DNA of 46,634 bases from Vicinamibacterales bacterium (GCA_050183355.1 JBFXBH010000007.1:1-46634); one strand, 5' to 3'. Counted from the first letter of the stretch, positions 25,148-34,590 are shown. Numbers and translations are program-made. The notes: generated by a model from the sequence alone, not told the origin.

Positions 25148-28120
25148 CTAGAAGTCGAGCTGCACGCCGAGCTTGAGGAGGCGCGCCGGCAGAATCCCGA
25201 GCGGCCGCAGCCAGGCCGCACCGCCCCCGGCGATCGTGCCGTAGTTGTTGTTCCAGGTCACCACCGTGTTCCGGTTGGCCAGATTGTACAGGTCCAGCAT
25301 CGCGCGAATGCGCGTGGTGCGCACCGTGAACACGCGCGTGACCCGCAGGTCGATCTGGTTGATCCGGTCTCCGTACACCGAGTTGGGCTGGATCAGATTG
25401 ATACTCGCCGTCGCCGTCGCGCCGGCGGAGAGGTTCCGTCCAAGCGACGGGGCGATGACCGCGTTGTTGACGACCGCCGTCGCCGAGACCGCGGCGCCGG
25501 GCACGCTCTGGAAGGTGCCGGACACGATCACGTCCCAGGGCAGGTTGTACGACCCGAGGAGCTTCACCTGCTTCTGATACGGCTGCACCTGCCGGCAGTA
25601 CGGGCCGCCGAGGGGCCCGCCCACGCCGGTCGTGCCGGCCTCTGGCACCTTGGCGAAGATCTCGCAGTTGTCCGTGACGGACCGGCCGAAGCTGAAGCCG
25701 CCCTGCAGCGTCGCCTTGTTCTTCAACCGGGTGTTCACGGCCATGTCCACGCCCTGCCACGTCTCGACCTGCTTGCCGTAGTCATTCGAGAGTGTGCCCA
25801 GGTTCTGCAGTCGACCGAGGCTGGACGGGTTCAGATCGCGCAGGCCGCAGATCTGCTGCCCGCCGCCGTTCGGCAGCCGGGAATTGCTGGGCGCGGTGAT
25901 GCAGAACGAGTCGTAGTTGTCGGCCGAAACCAGCGTGTTGTCGGTCACGGTGAAGTTCCCGTAGTGCCGGCGGAAGAAGGCCATGCTCGCCGACATTCCG
26001 GGCCGCAGCTCCTGCTGCACGCCGGTGGAGAACTCCCAGTTGTAAGTGCGGACGCCGAACCCCTCCGTCCACGCCGGGTCGTAGCTCAGCGTCCGGACGA
26101 GCCGGCCGAAGTTCTGATTGGGACTCGGGCCGAGTTCGCCGTTGGCGGCCGGATTCAGCGGGTCGCCCTGCGGCACGAAGTCGCCGTTCAGATCGTTGAA
26201 CGTGCGCGTCAGCGTGCCGGCCGACGACGTCGTCGGATCCACGACGCGGGTCAGGTCCATCGTCTCCTGCAGCACGTACCGCGACATGCTGACCTTGAGC
26301 GCCGTCCTGCCGTTCCCGAACACGTCCCAGGATGCGCCCAGACGCGGAGAGAGGTCGTTCCACTTGAAGACGTCCGCGCCCGGAAAGGACCGCGCCGGCA
26401 GCAGATTCGTGGCGGCCAGGTCGTAGTCCGGATACCGCGTCCCCAGCCGATCCCACCGGATGCCGAGATTCAGCGTCACCCGGTTCACGTTCCACTGGTC
26501 CTGCGCGAAGGCACTGGACTTGTAGGCGTAGTTGGTCAGCCTGAACGGCGTCGGCAGGAACGTGACCGAGTTGGGACGGCCGTTCACCAGCGTCAGCTCG
26601 TAGTCCGCCGGCGCTTCGTACAGCGGACTCAGGAACGCGTTCTGCTGCTGGAAGCCGAACTTGAACCCGTGGGAGCCCGTCACGTAGGACACGGCGACGC
26701 GGTAGACGTCGTTGCGTTGATCCTCGTCGCGATACACCTGCGGACTCACCGGGTTGCCGTAGGTGACGGCGCGGATGCGCTGGCCCGTCGTGCTCTCCAG
26801 CGCCGTCGGCCCGATGGCGCCGGGTCGCGGCACGATGGTGTGCAGCACGTCGGTGAGTGACACGCCGCCCTCCACCAGCAGCCGGTTGGTGAGCGGAGCC
26901 GAATACGTCACCTGGATGATGTTGCTGTGGAAGTTCTGGATGTAGTTGGCCTCGTCGGCAAGCTGACCGGCCAGCGTCCGGAACTCCAGCTTGTCGTTCC
27001 AGTCGAACATCACGGCCAGCTTGTTCTTCGGCGTCATCTGCCACGTCACGCGCCCGACGCCGTCCTTCGTGATCTGATCCTGGTAGGGGCGCACCGAGAG
27101 GTCCGGCACGTACGTGAAGCCCGTCGGGTTGAGGTTCGGCGCGCGGGTGGACTGGTTCGCGTAGTTCGCGATCCGCCAGTCGCGGTAGGCGGTGAAGAAC
27201 CAGAGCTTGTCCTTCTTCAGCGGGCCGCCGAACGAGGGATTGATGTCGCGGATCTCCTTCGTCGGCAGGGCCGCCGTCAGCCCGCGCTGCCTGAGCTCGT
27301 CGGTATAGTTGTTCGACTGCGTCGCCTCGTTGGCGATGTTGGCGAAGAAGCCGCCCGAGAACCGGTTGCCGCCCTGCTTCGGCAGCATGTTGGCAACCAC
27401 GCCGCCCGTCTCCCACTCGGCCGAGTGGCCGCTCACGGAGAGAATCGTCTGCTCAATCGTCTGGTCGCCGAGCGTTGTGGCTCCAATGCTCCCCGCGAAT
27501 GCCTGGACCATCGCCACGGACATGCCGTCCAGCAGCGTCTGCTGGTCGTTGCGACGCCCGCCATGAATCGTCAGGCCCTGGAAGCCCTCACCCGAGCTCC
27601 CGCCGACGTCCTGCCCCTGAGTCGTCGCCCCCAGCACGTTCATGCCCGGAATCAGCACGGCCAGATTGGCAATCGATTTGGCCGTCGGGATGGCATCGAT
27701 GATGTCACGCGTGAGCACGCGCTGCTCGCGGACATTCTGCACGTCAACGACAGGCGTCTGGCCGGAGACGACGATCGTCTCCTCCATCGCGCCCACTTTC
27801 ATCTCCGCACTGATGTTCGCGGTGAAGCCGGCGGCCACGTCAATACCTTCGCGTTTGACCGTCGAGAACCCGGTGAGCGTGAAGGTGACGCTGTAGACGC
27901 CGGGTCTGAGGTCCGTGATCCTGTAGTTGCCCGCGCCGTCGGAGACGGCCGTCCGGACCTTCTCGATGAGCGCCGGACTGGCCACTTCGACCGTCACACC
28001 CGGCAGCACGCCGCCAGTCGCGTCCTTCACTCCACCTGCGATCGAACCCGATGTCTGTGCGCCCGCCAGCGCCGGCAGGCAGCACAGCAAGACAGCCAGC
28101 AACCCCTTGTGGACGTTCAT
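25148..28120 (-). CDS. TonB-dependent receptor 2 (CarboxypepD_reg type)
   Basis: ATG 28120 after SD GAGGTG; GVLPGVTVEVASPALIEKVR; FAQDQWNVNRVTLNLGIRWD; SPRLGASWDVFGNGRTALK; ends VQLDF. Confidence 0.92.
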   Translation of the reverse strand: MNVHKGLLAVLLCCLPALAGAQTSGSIAGGVKDATGGVLPGVTVEVASPALIEKVRTAVSDGAGNYRITDLRPGVYSVTFTLTGFSTVKREGIDVAAGFTANISAEMKVGAMEETIVVSGQTPVVDVQNVREQRVLTRDIIDAIPTAKSIANLAVLIPGMNVLGATTQGQDVGGSSGEGFQGLTIHGGRRNDQQTLLDGMSVAMVQAFAGSIGATTLGDQTIEQTILSVSGHSAEWETGGVVANMLPKQGGNRFSGGFFANIANEATQSNNYTDELRQRGLTAALPTKEIRDINPSFGGPLKKDKLWFFTAYRDWRIANYANQSTRAPNLNPTGFTYVPDLSVRPYQDQITKDGVGRVTWQMTPKNKLAVMFDWNDKLEFRTLAGQLADEANYIQNFHSNIIQVTYSAPLTNRLLVEGGVSLTDVLHTIVPRPGAIGPTALESTTGQRIRAVTYGNPVSPQVYRDEDQRNDVYRVAVSYVTGSHGFKFGFQQQNAFLSPLYEAPADYELTLVNGRPNSVTFLPTPFRLTNYAYKSSAFAQDQWNVNRVTLNLGIRWDRLGTRYPDYDLAATNLLPARSFPGADVFKWNDLSPRLGASWDVFGNGRTALKVSMSRYVLQETMDLTRVVDPTTSSAGTLTRTFNDLNGDFVPQGDPLNPAANGELGPSPNQNFGRLVRTLSYDPAWTEGFGVRTYNWEFSTGVQQELRPGMSASMAFFRRHYGNFTVTDNTLVSADNYDSFCITAPSNSRLPNGGGQQICGLRDLNPSSLGRLQNLGTLSNDYGKQVETWQGVDMAVNTRLKNKATLQGGFSFGRSVTDNCEIFAKVPEAGTTGVGGPLGGPYCRQVQPYQKQVKLLGSYNLPWDVIVSGTFQSVPGAAVSATAVVNNAVIAPSLGRNLSAGATATASINLIQPNSVYGDRINQIDLRVTRVFTVRTTRIRAMLDLYNLANRNTVVTWNNNYGTIAGGGAAWLRPLGILPARLLKLGVQLDF

Positions 28121-28190
28121 CGCTCTCACCTCGTCGTGGAAAACAAGCCGGCGGCGCCGGGCGGGCGTGCCCGGCGCGCGGACGGCGCAC

Positions 28191-28218
28191 AGGTTACCCG
28201 GAACCGTCCCGATGTCGA
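28191..28218 (-). promoter_or_regulatory. Candidate promoter for the TBDR2 cluster
   Basis: Minus strand reads TCGACA-N16-TAACCT; shares the TTCCGG(G/T)TAA(C/G)CT context with the TBDR1 promoter. Confidence 0.4.
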
Positions 28219-28453
28219 TCACCTGAACGGGGTACGCGACCGGCTACCTCATCCGCAATTTCGCACGTGGCATGCAACTTGTCGTGCTTGGCACTACCCT
28301 GCCCCGTCGGAACCATGCCGCCACCGCCACCGGGCCGCCCCTCGGCCGCCGTTTGCTGCGTACGCGCGTTTCTCGCTCACGTCGGGTCCGCGGCAGCGTC
28401 CTCGCGGGGAGTTACACTCTCGCTCGTACCAGGCAAGGGTTCCGGAGGTCGCT

Positions 28454-29467
28454 GTGCCCACACCGTTACTGCACGTCACGACGTTCGCGCTCCTCCTGAT
28501 CGCGCTTGCGCCGATGCCCTCCGGCGCACAGACCGTTGCGCCGACCACCACGCCGGGCCTCGCGGCGGGCGCGACGATGCCACCAGTCACCGACGCGATT
28601 GCCGAGCCGATCGCCGGCGTGGTTGCGGCAGGCGAGACGGTGAAGCTGCTGACGACCGACGTCACGGGCGGCGACGGCATCATCGGGCTCAGCAATGGCG
28701 ACGTCCTCTTCATGGAGACGAGAACGGGCCGGATCCGCCGCATCACGCCGGACGGGCAGATCGCGACGCTGCTCGAGGCGAAGGGCGTCAAGTCGATCGG
28801 CGCGGATCGGCAGGACCGCGTCATCGCGCTGCTGCAGGACTCGCTGGAGATCGTCTATCCGGCCCGCGAGGCGCGCGTGCTGGCGGCAGGGTCCGCCGCC
28901 CACTCGCTCAGGGGCCTCAACGACTTCGTCGTGTCGTCACGGGGCGGCATCTACGCCTCGGACGTCGGCGTCTACAACCAGCCGAAGTACTCACAGCCCA
29001 CGAAGATTCACTACGTGCCGCCGGGCGGGCCGCCCCGCGTCGTGGCCGACACGGCAGAAACGATGGCCCTGCCGAACGGCATCGTGCTCAGCCCGGACGA
29101 GAAGACGCTCTACGTGGCGGACTCGCGCAACAACTCGGGCATGGCGTGGGATGTGCGGCCCGACGGCACGCTCGCCAACCCGAGAGCCCACGGCAAGAAC
29201 CGGATCACGCCGGCAATGGAACGGGACTTCGCCCTGCAGGCGAACGGCCTCGCCGTCGACGCCGCCGGCCGCGTCTACGCCGGGATGCCGTTCGGCGTGC
29301 AGGTGTTCAGCGCGGCCGGCACGTACCTGGGCACGATTCCGGCTCCCGGCAAGATCCAGAGTGTGAGCTTCGGCGGGCCGCGAAAGGAGTACCTCTACTT
29401 CCTGTCGACCGGGGCGGTGTGGAGGGTGAAGATGCTGGCCCGCGGTATCCAGGGCCGCGCCAAGTAG
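28454..29467 (+). CDS. Exported SMP-30/gluconolactonase-family beta-propeller
   Basis: SD GGAGG then GTG 28454; LNDFVVSSRGGIYASD, PNGIVLSPDEKTLYVAD, NGLAVDAAGRVY, GVQVFS, FGGP; TACACT -10-like box at 28413-28418. Confidence 0.85.
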   Translation: MPTPLLHVTTFALLLIALAPMPSGAQTVAPTTTPGLAAGATMPPVTDAIAEPIAGVVAAGETVKLLTTDVTGGDGIIGLSNGDVLFMETRTGRIRRITPDGQIATLLEAKGVKSIGADRQDRVIALLQDSLEIVYPAREARVLAAGSAAHSLRGLNDFVVSSRGGIYASDVGVYNQPKYSQPTKIHYVPPGGPPRVVADTAETMALPNGIVLSPDEKTLYVADSRNNSGMAWDVRPDGTLANPRAHGKNRITPAMERDFALQANGLAVDAAGRVYAGMPFGVQVFSAAGTYLGTIPAPGKIQSVSFGGPRKEYLYFLSTGAVWRVKMLARGIQGRAK

Positions 29468-29503
29468 CCTCCGCCACGCGCGTCGCCCTGTCCATGTCCG
29501 GCG

Positions 29504-29557
29504 AGAAGAAACGACGGAAGGCGCAGGGCGTCACGTCGCCCGTTGCGCCTTCCGTCG
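29504..29557 (-). terminator. Rho-independent terminator after TBDR3
   Basis: 14-bp stem CGACGGAAGGCGCA/TGCGCCTTCCGTCG extended by GGGCG/CGCCC, followed on the minus strand by TTTCTTCT. Confidence 0.75.
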
Positions 29558-29563
29558 CGACTC

Positions 29564-32500
29564 TTAGAAGTCGACCACCGTGCCGAACTTGAAGACCCGC
29601 GGCCCGAGAATCGACGTCGGCCGGCGCCACGCGGCGCCGAACGTGCTGTTCACCGAGAGAATCGTCCCGGCGTTGAAGATGTTGTAGGCGTCGAACTGCG
29701 CCTGGATCCGCGCACGGCCGACCTTGATCAGACGGCTGAACCGTACGTCGACCTGGTTGAGCCGGTCCTCGAACAGGGTATTTGGCGTCAGGATCGGCAC
29801 CACCACCGTGCCTGCCGCGCCTGCTGAGAGGTTCCGGCCCAGTGACGGTGCGACCTGGGCGTTGGTGAACGTGTTGTTGGCCGACACCGGGATCCCCGGC
29901 AGGTTCTGGACCGTGGCCGCCACCTGGAAGCTGAACGGAAGCGGGTAGATGGCGTTGAACTTGAACTGCGTCCCGCCCTTCCACCACGGCTGCACGTTCT
30001 TGCAGAAGCCCTCCCGGGCATCAAGCAGCGCGAAACCTGGCGCGGACGTGTTGCCCGGGATGAGGCCCGGCGCGTCGATGGTGAGGCACGAGTCGGTCAC
30101 GTTCTGGTTGAACGACACGCCGCCGTTGAACACGCCACCCGTGCCGAAGCGGGCGTTCACCGACGCGTCCACGCCGTTGAAGTACTGCTTGTAGTCACCG
30201 AAGTTGCTCGACTGTGTGACCACCGCGTTCACCTGACCAAACCGCGACGGGTTCACGTCCTGCAACCCGCAGAGCTGGTTGCCGCCTCCGCCCGGCAGGA
30301 GCGCGTTGGTCGGCACCGTGACGCAGAAGCTGTCGTAGTTGCCGGGCGCCACCAGCGTGTTGTCGGTAATGGAGAAATTGCCGAACTGGGTTCGGAAGTA
30401 GCCCACGTTGAGCGCCATCCCTGGACGCAGCTCCTGCTGGATGGAGACTGACCCCTGCCAGTTGTACGGCCGGATCTGGTTCCCGTTCACGACATCGTCG
30501 GCGAAGGTGCGCGTCTGGTTGACGGTGCCGAAGCGGCTGTTGTTCAGGGCACCGCACTCCCCGTTCGCGCCCACAGAGGGCGTCAGGTCGCAGTCGGGCA
30601 CGTAGTTGCCGTTGGCGTCGTTCCACGCGCGCGTCGCGTTCAGCACCATCGAGAGCTGCGGGTTGATCTGCTCGGTAATCCCGACACCCATGCTCTGCAC
30701 GTAGCGGCCGAACGAACCCTTGATGGCCGTGCGGCCGTTGCCGAACAGGTCGTACGCCACGCCGACACGCGGCGAGAAATCCATCCACTTCGGCGCGTCC
30801 TTGACCTCGGCGAACGTTCTGGCGCCGATGAACCGCGACGCCGGCAGACTCACCGCGGGGGCCCACCCCTTGAACGTATCGAGCCTGACGCCACCGGTCA
30901 CCGTGAGCTTGCCCATCGTCCACTGGTCCTGCGCGTAGTAGCCCAGGCCGAGCATGTTGTTGTCGGTCAGCACCGGCATCGCCCACTGCGTCAGGGCGAT
31001 CGGCGCGCGGTTCCGGAAAGTGTAGCTGATGTACTGGTTCACCGTCCGGTCCTGGTGGTCCCAGCCGCGGTAGAACATCACACCGCCCTTGAAGGCGTGT
31101 GAGCCGGTGACGTAGGACACCGCCACGCGGCCGTTCATCTGGTTGCCTTCCTGCCCGCGCTTGGTCTCGTTGTAGGCCGTCGACCCTGTGGTCGCGAACG
31201 CACCGTAGGTGCGGCCCAGGCCCTGGTCGGTAATGGCGATGGCATCGGCTTTCACCAGGCCCCCCTCCTCACCCGGGATCGGCGACTTCTTCGCGTTGAA
31301 CGAATAGGAGACACCCGCGTCCAGCAGGAGCTTGTTGCTGGCCGGGTTGGTCCAGGTCACCTGGCTCAGGTAGAGGGGCTCGAAGTGCAAGGTCGTCACC
31401 GCCTCCGGCGAGTTGGCACTGCTGACGCCGAGGTAGCAGAAGCAGTTGGCCTGCGTGCTCTCGTACCAGGCAATCTTGTTCTTCTGGTTGATCTGCCAGG
31501 TCATGCGAAGGCTGTGGTCGCGGATGTAGGTGTCCGTATAGGCCGGCTTGCTCGTGTCGGCCTCGTAGAACAACGGGTTGCTGGACTTGTTGAAGAAGGC
31601 ACCCGGCTGAAACTCCTGCGTCCCCCACGCGCGGTGCGCCGTGTAGAACCAGAGCCGGTCCTGCTTGATCGGGCCGCCGACACCGCCGCCGATGTCGTAG
31701 ATCTTGTCGATCGAGGACGCGGTGGTCAGGCCGCGCGACCGGTGCTCGTCGTTCAGGTTCGTACCCTGCATGGCGTTGTTGGCGAAGTTGCCGGCCAGGT
31801 AGTACTTGAAGGCGTTGCCACCCTCCTTCGGCACGTAGTTCACCTGCACGCCACCGGTGTCGGCCTCGGCCGACATGCCGGCCGTCTCCAGCGTCGTCTC
31901 CTGGATGGCCGCCACGTTGGTGAAGTAGATCTTGTTCACGCCGCCGCCGTCACCCGAGTTGTTGCCGAAGCGCATGCCGTCGATCTTGAACATGCTGTCG
32001 TTGGCGCGGCTACCGTGGATAGCGATGGCCGACACGGCGTCGCCCTTGTTGCCACCCACGTCCTGGGCGTTGGCAGCCTGCATGCTGGCGCCGAGCGTCA
32101 GGCCGGCGAAGGCCGCCGCCGTCTTGGCCGAGGGGATCGCGTCCAGGGTCGTCTGCGAGAGCACCGTCTGGCTGCGGACGTTCTGGATGTCCACCACCGG
32201 CGTGGCGCCAGTGACGGTGACCGTCTCCTCGAGGGAGCCGACCTTCATCTCCGCGGTCACGTTCACCGTGACGCCGGTCGTCAACTCCAGCCCGTCGCGC
32301 TTGTAGGTGCCGAACCCCGGCAGCGTGAAGGTGACGGCGTAGGTGCCGGGCCGCAGGTCGGTGATCTTGTAGTTGCCGCTGGCGTCGGTCACCGCCGTGC
32401 GGACCTTCTCGATAAGCGCCGGGCTGGCGGCCTCGACCGTGACACCCGGGAGCACCGCCCCGGTCGCATCCTTCGCCACGCCGGCGATTGCGGCCGTGGT

Positions 32501-32578
32501 GGCTGACTGGGCAAACGCGCCTGGTGCACCTGTCAGCACGCACACGACCATCACGAGTGCCGTTGCTATCTGTCTCAC
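29564..32578 (-). CDS. TonB-dependent receptor 3 (CarboxypepD_reg type)
   Basis: GTG 32578 after SD AGGAGG; AVLPGVTVEAASPALIEKVR; YAQDQWTMGKLTVTGGVRLD; SPRVGVAYDLFGNGRTAIK; ends VVDF. Confidence 0.92.
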   Translation of the reverse strand: MRQIATALVMVVCVLTGAPGAFAQSATTAAIAGVAKDATGAVLPGVTVEAASPALIEKVRTAVTDASGNYKITDLRPGTYAVTFTLPGFGTYKRDGLELTTGVTVNVTAEMKVGSLEETVTVTGATPVVDIQNVRSQTVLSQTTLDAIPSAKTAAAFAGLTLGASMQAANAQDVGGNKGDAVSAIAIHGSRANDSMFKIDGMRFGNNSGDGGGVNKIYFTNVAAIQETTLETAGMSAEADTGGVQVNYVPKEGGNAFKYYLAGNFANNAMQGTNLNDEHRSRGLTTASSIDKIYDIGGGVGGPIKQDRLWFYTAHRAWGTQEFQPGAFFNKSSNPLFYEADTSKPAYTDTYIRDHSLRMTWQINQKNKIAWYESTQANCFCYLGVSSANSPEAVTTLHFEPLYLSQVTWTNPASNKLLLDAGVSYSFNAKKSPIPGEEGGLVKADAIAITDQGLGRTYGAFATTGSTAYNETKRGQEGNQMNGRVAVSYVTGSHAFKGGVMFYRGWDHQDRTVNQYISYTFRNRAPIALTQWAMPVLTDNNMLGLGYYAQDQWTMGKLTVTGGVRLDTFKGWAPAVSLPASRFIGARTFAEVKDAPKWMDFSPRVGVAYDLFGNGRTAIKGSFGRYVQSMGVGITEQINPQLSMVLNATRAWNDANGNYVPDCDLTPSVGANGECGALNNSRFGTVNQTRTFADDVVNGNQIRPYNWQGSVSIQQELRPGMALNVGYFRTQFGNFSITDNTLVAPGNYDSFCVTVPTNALLPGGGGNQLCGLQDVNPSRFGQVNAVVTQSSNFGDYKQYFNGVDASVNARFGTGGVFNGGVSFNQNVTDSCLTIDAPGLIPGNTSAPGFALLDAREGFCKNVQPWWKGGTQFKFNAIYPLPFSFQVAATVQNLPGIPVSANNTFTNAQVAPSLGRNLSAGAAGTVVVPILTPNTLFEDRLNQVDVRFSRLIKVGRARIQAQFDAYNIFNAGTILSVNSTFGAAWRRPTSILGPRVFKFGTVVDF

Positions 32579-32607
32579 TGAGCCCTCCTTCGTCAGAAAC
32601 ACATCCA

Positions 32608-34590
32608 TCAATTGGCCACCGCCCCGTTCAGGGTGTAGGCCACCAACGCCGAGTCTTCACCGTTGCCGGTCGCCACGACGAGATACTGCCGGCCCCGATG
32701 CACGTAGGTCATCGGCGCCGCCGTGGACAGGCCGTCGCCTTCGATCACGTGCACGATCCCGCCAGTCCCCTTGTCGAAGACGTAGACGAGCTTCCGCAGA
32801 AAGCCAGGGTCGTTCCACTTCTCCCAGGGCGGCGGCTGCGGCTGGCCTGTGACGAACGTGTAGGTCACGCCGACAAACAGCAGCGACTTCGTCACGAGAG
32901 GGGCGGCGCCGAGCACGGAGTCGCCGAGCGGCGGCAGTCCCAGGCCCTTCAGCAGCGGGTGATTCCGGGGACCGTTCCCGAGGGGCGTCATCCACCGGTG
33001 ATTGCCGGTGTTCAGGTCGATGGCCGTCACCCGGGAGTACGGCGCCTTGATGATCGGCAAGCCGTCCACGTACATCTGCGCCGCCTGGCCCGCGGCAGGG
33101 GGAGGCACACTGCCCGGGGGCGCGTTCGGAAAACGCGCACGGAGGACGTCCATCGTGAGTCGTGTCGGGAGGTACAACACACCGGTCTCGGGATCGAACG
33201 CGGCGCCACCCCAGTTCGCGCCGCCGAGCGAACCGGGCACCTTGAGCGTGCCCTTCTCGGAGGGCGGCGTGTAGATGGGGCCGGCCTCGAACGCCTGCAA
33301 CTGCGCGGCTGCGCGCGCCTTCAGGTCCGGGGTGAAGTCCATCAGGTTGGCAGCCACGGCCCCTTGGGTCTCGGCGGGCGCGGGCCGGCTCGGGATCGGC
33401 TGCGTCGGCGAGGTCCGCTCGCGGTTGGCGGCCGTGGACTGCGGCACGGGCGTCTCGACGATGGGCCAGACGGGCTTTCCCGTTCGCCGGTCAAGCACGA
33501 AGACGAAGCCGTTCTTGCTGATCGCGACAACCGCCTTCACGCGCCGGCGGTCGACGGTCATCTCGACCAGTGTCGGATGTGTGGTGATGTCGTAATCCCA
33601 GAGGTCGTGATGAATCCCCTGGAAGTGCCAGACTCGCTTCCCCGTCTTCGCCTCGACGCAGATCAGGCTGTCCGAGAAGAGGTTGTCACCGGGACGGAGC
33701 GCACCGTAGTAGTCACTGCCCGGTGCCGAGGTCGCGATGTAGGCGTAGTCGAGGTCGGGGTCGTACACCATGCCCGCCCACGCATTGGCATTGCCCGTGC
33801 GTTCCGCAGACCCTTCGAGCCACGTCTCGTACCCCACCTCGCCGGGCAGCGGGATCGTGTGAAAGGTCCACAACTCCTTCCCGGTGCGGACGTCATAGGC
33901 CTTCACGTATCCCGGCGGCGACTGCTCCTCCTTGCCCGCCGTGGCGTCCTGGATGGCGTTCCCGACGATAAGCACGTCGCCGGCCACGAGCGCCCGACGC
34001 CCCGTGAAGTTGCGGGCGCGGACGGCCTGGCGGAACCCGACGGCCAGATCCACCTTGCCACCGGTGCCGAACGCCGGATCCGGTGTGCCGGTCCTCGCGT
34101 CAATGGAGATCAGATACGCGTCGTTGGTGCTGTGAATGATTCGTTCGGCCTTGCCATCGGTCCAGTACGACAGCCCCCGTACGACGAACCCCACGCTGTG
34201 CGGCTTCCCGGCCTTGTAGCTCCCGGGGTCGTAGACCCATTTCTGACGGCCGGTGCCCGCATCCAGGGCCGCCACCATGCCGAGCGGCGTAGCCGTATAC
34301 AGCACGCCGTTGACCATCAGTGGCGTGTCTTCGTAGCGGGACGCACGATTCAGCACGTTCTCGCGCTGCACGTCCTGGTCGGCGGATGCCCACCGCCAGG
34401 CCACCTTCAGATTCCGGACGTTGTCCGCCGTGATCTGTGCGGCGGGCGAGTACTTCATGCCGCCGGAATCCCCCGCGTACTCACGCCATTCGGTCGCGGA
34501 GGGCCGACGCTCCCGCTGCGCCAGGGAGTACGACTGTCCAACCGCGACGATGAGGAGGACGGCGAGCGCCCCCTGGAGCCTTCCGAACAC
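32608..34590 (-). CDS. PQQ-dependent dehydrogenase of the glucose/quinate/shikimate (Gcd-like) class, without the N-terminal membrane helices
   Basis: GTG 34590 after SD GGGAGG; EWREYAGD...YSPAAQITADNV; TPLMVNGVLY; PPGYVKAYDVRTG; WHFQGIHHDLWDYD; PGSLGGANWGG; PMTY...GRQYLVV. Confidence 0.88.
   Translation of the reverse strand: MFGRLQGALAVLLIVAVGQSYSLAQRERRPSATEWREYAGDSGGMKYSPAAQITADNVRNLKVAWRWASADQDVQRENVLNRASRYEDTPLMVNGVLYTATPLGMVAALDAGTGRQKWVYDPGSYKAGKPHSVGFVVRGLSYWTDGKAERIIHSTNDAYLISIDARTGTPDPAFGTGGKVDLAVGFRQAVRARNFTGRRALVAGDVLIVGNAIQDATAGKEEQSPPGYVKAYDVRTGKELWTFHTIPLPGEVGYETWLEGSAERTGNANAWAGMVYDPDLDYAYIATSAPGSDYYGALRPGDNLFSDSLICVEAKTGKRVWHFQGIHHDLWDYDITTHPTLVEMTVDRRRVKAVVAISKNGFVFVLDRRTGKPVWPIVETPVPQSTAANRERTSPTQPIPSRPAPAETQGAVAANLMDFTPDLKARAAAQLQAFEAGPIYTPPSEKGTLKVPGSLGGANWGGAAFDPETGVLYLPTRLTMDVLRARFPNAPPGSVPPPAAGQAAQMYVDGLPIIKAPYSRVTAIDLNTGNHRWMTPLGNGPRNHPLLKGLGLPPLGDSVLGAAPLVTKSLLFVGVTYTFVTGQPQPPPWEKWNDPGFLRKLVYVFDKGTGGIVHVIEGDGLSTAAPMTYVHRGRQYLVVATGNGEDSALVAYTLNGAVAN

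Noticed and set aside
28268-28304. Sigma54-like TGGCA sequences between TBDR2 and the lactonase
   Set aside because: TGGCATGCAACTTGT has GT rather than GC at -12, and TGGCACTACCCTGC has 9-nt rather than 10-nt spacing; no enhancer-binding protein gene is in the window.
26927-28453. Long N-terminal extension of the lactonase ORF (846 aa in the track)
   Set aside because: It overlaps TBDR2 on the opposite strand; the SD, GTG 28454 and signal peptide define the real start.
33590-33620. WDYD in the Gcd-like dehydrogenase as evidence of lanthanide dependence
   Set aside because: D-x-D in the HHDLWDxD context is also found in Ca/Mg-dependent glucose dehydrogenases, so it is not diagnostic in this class.
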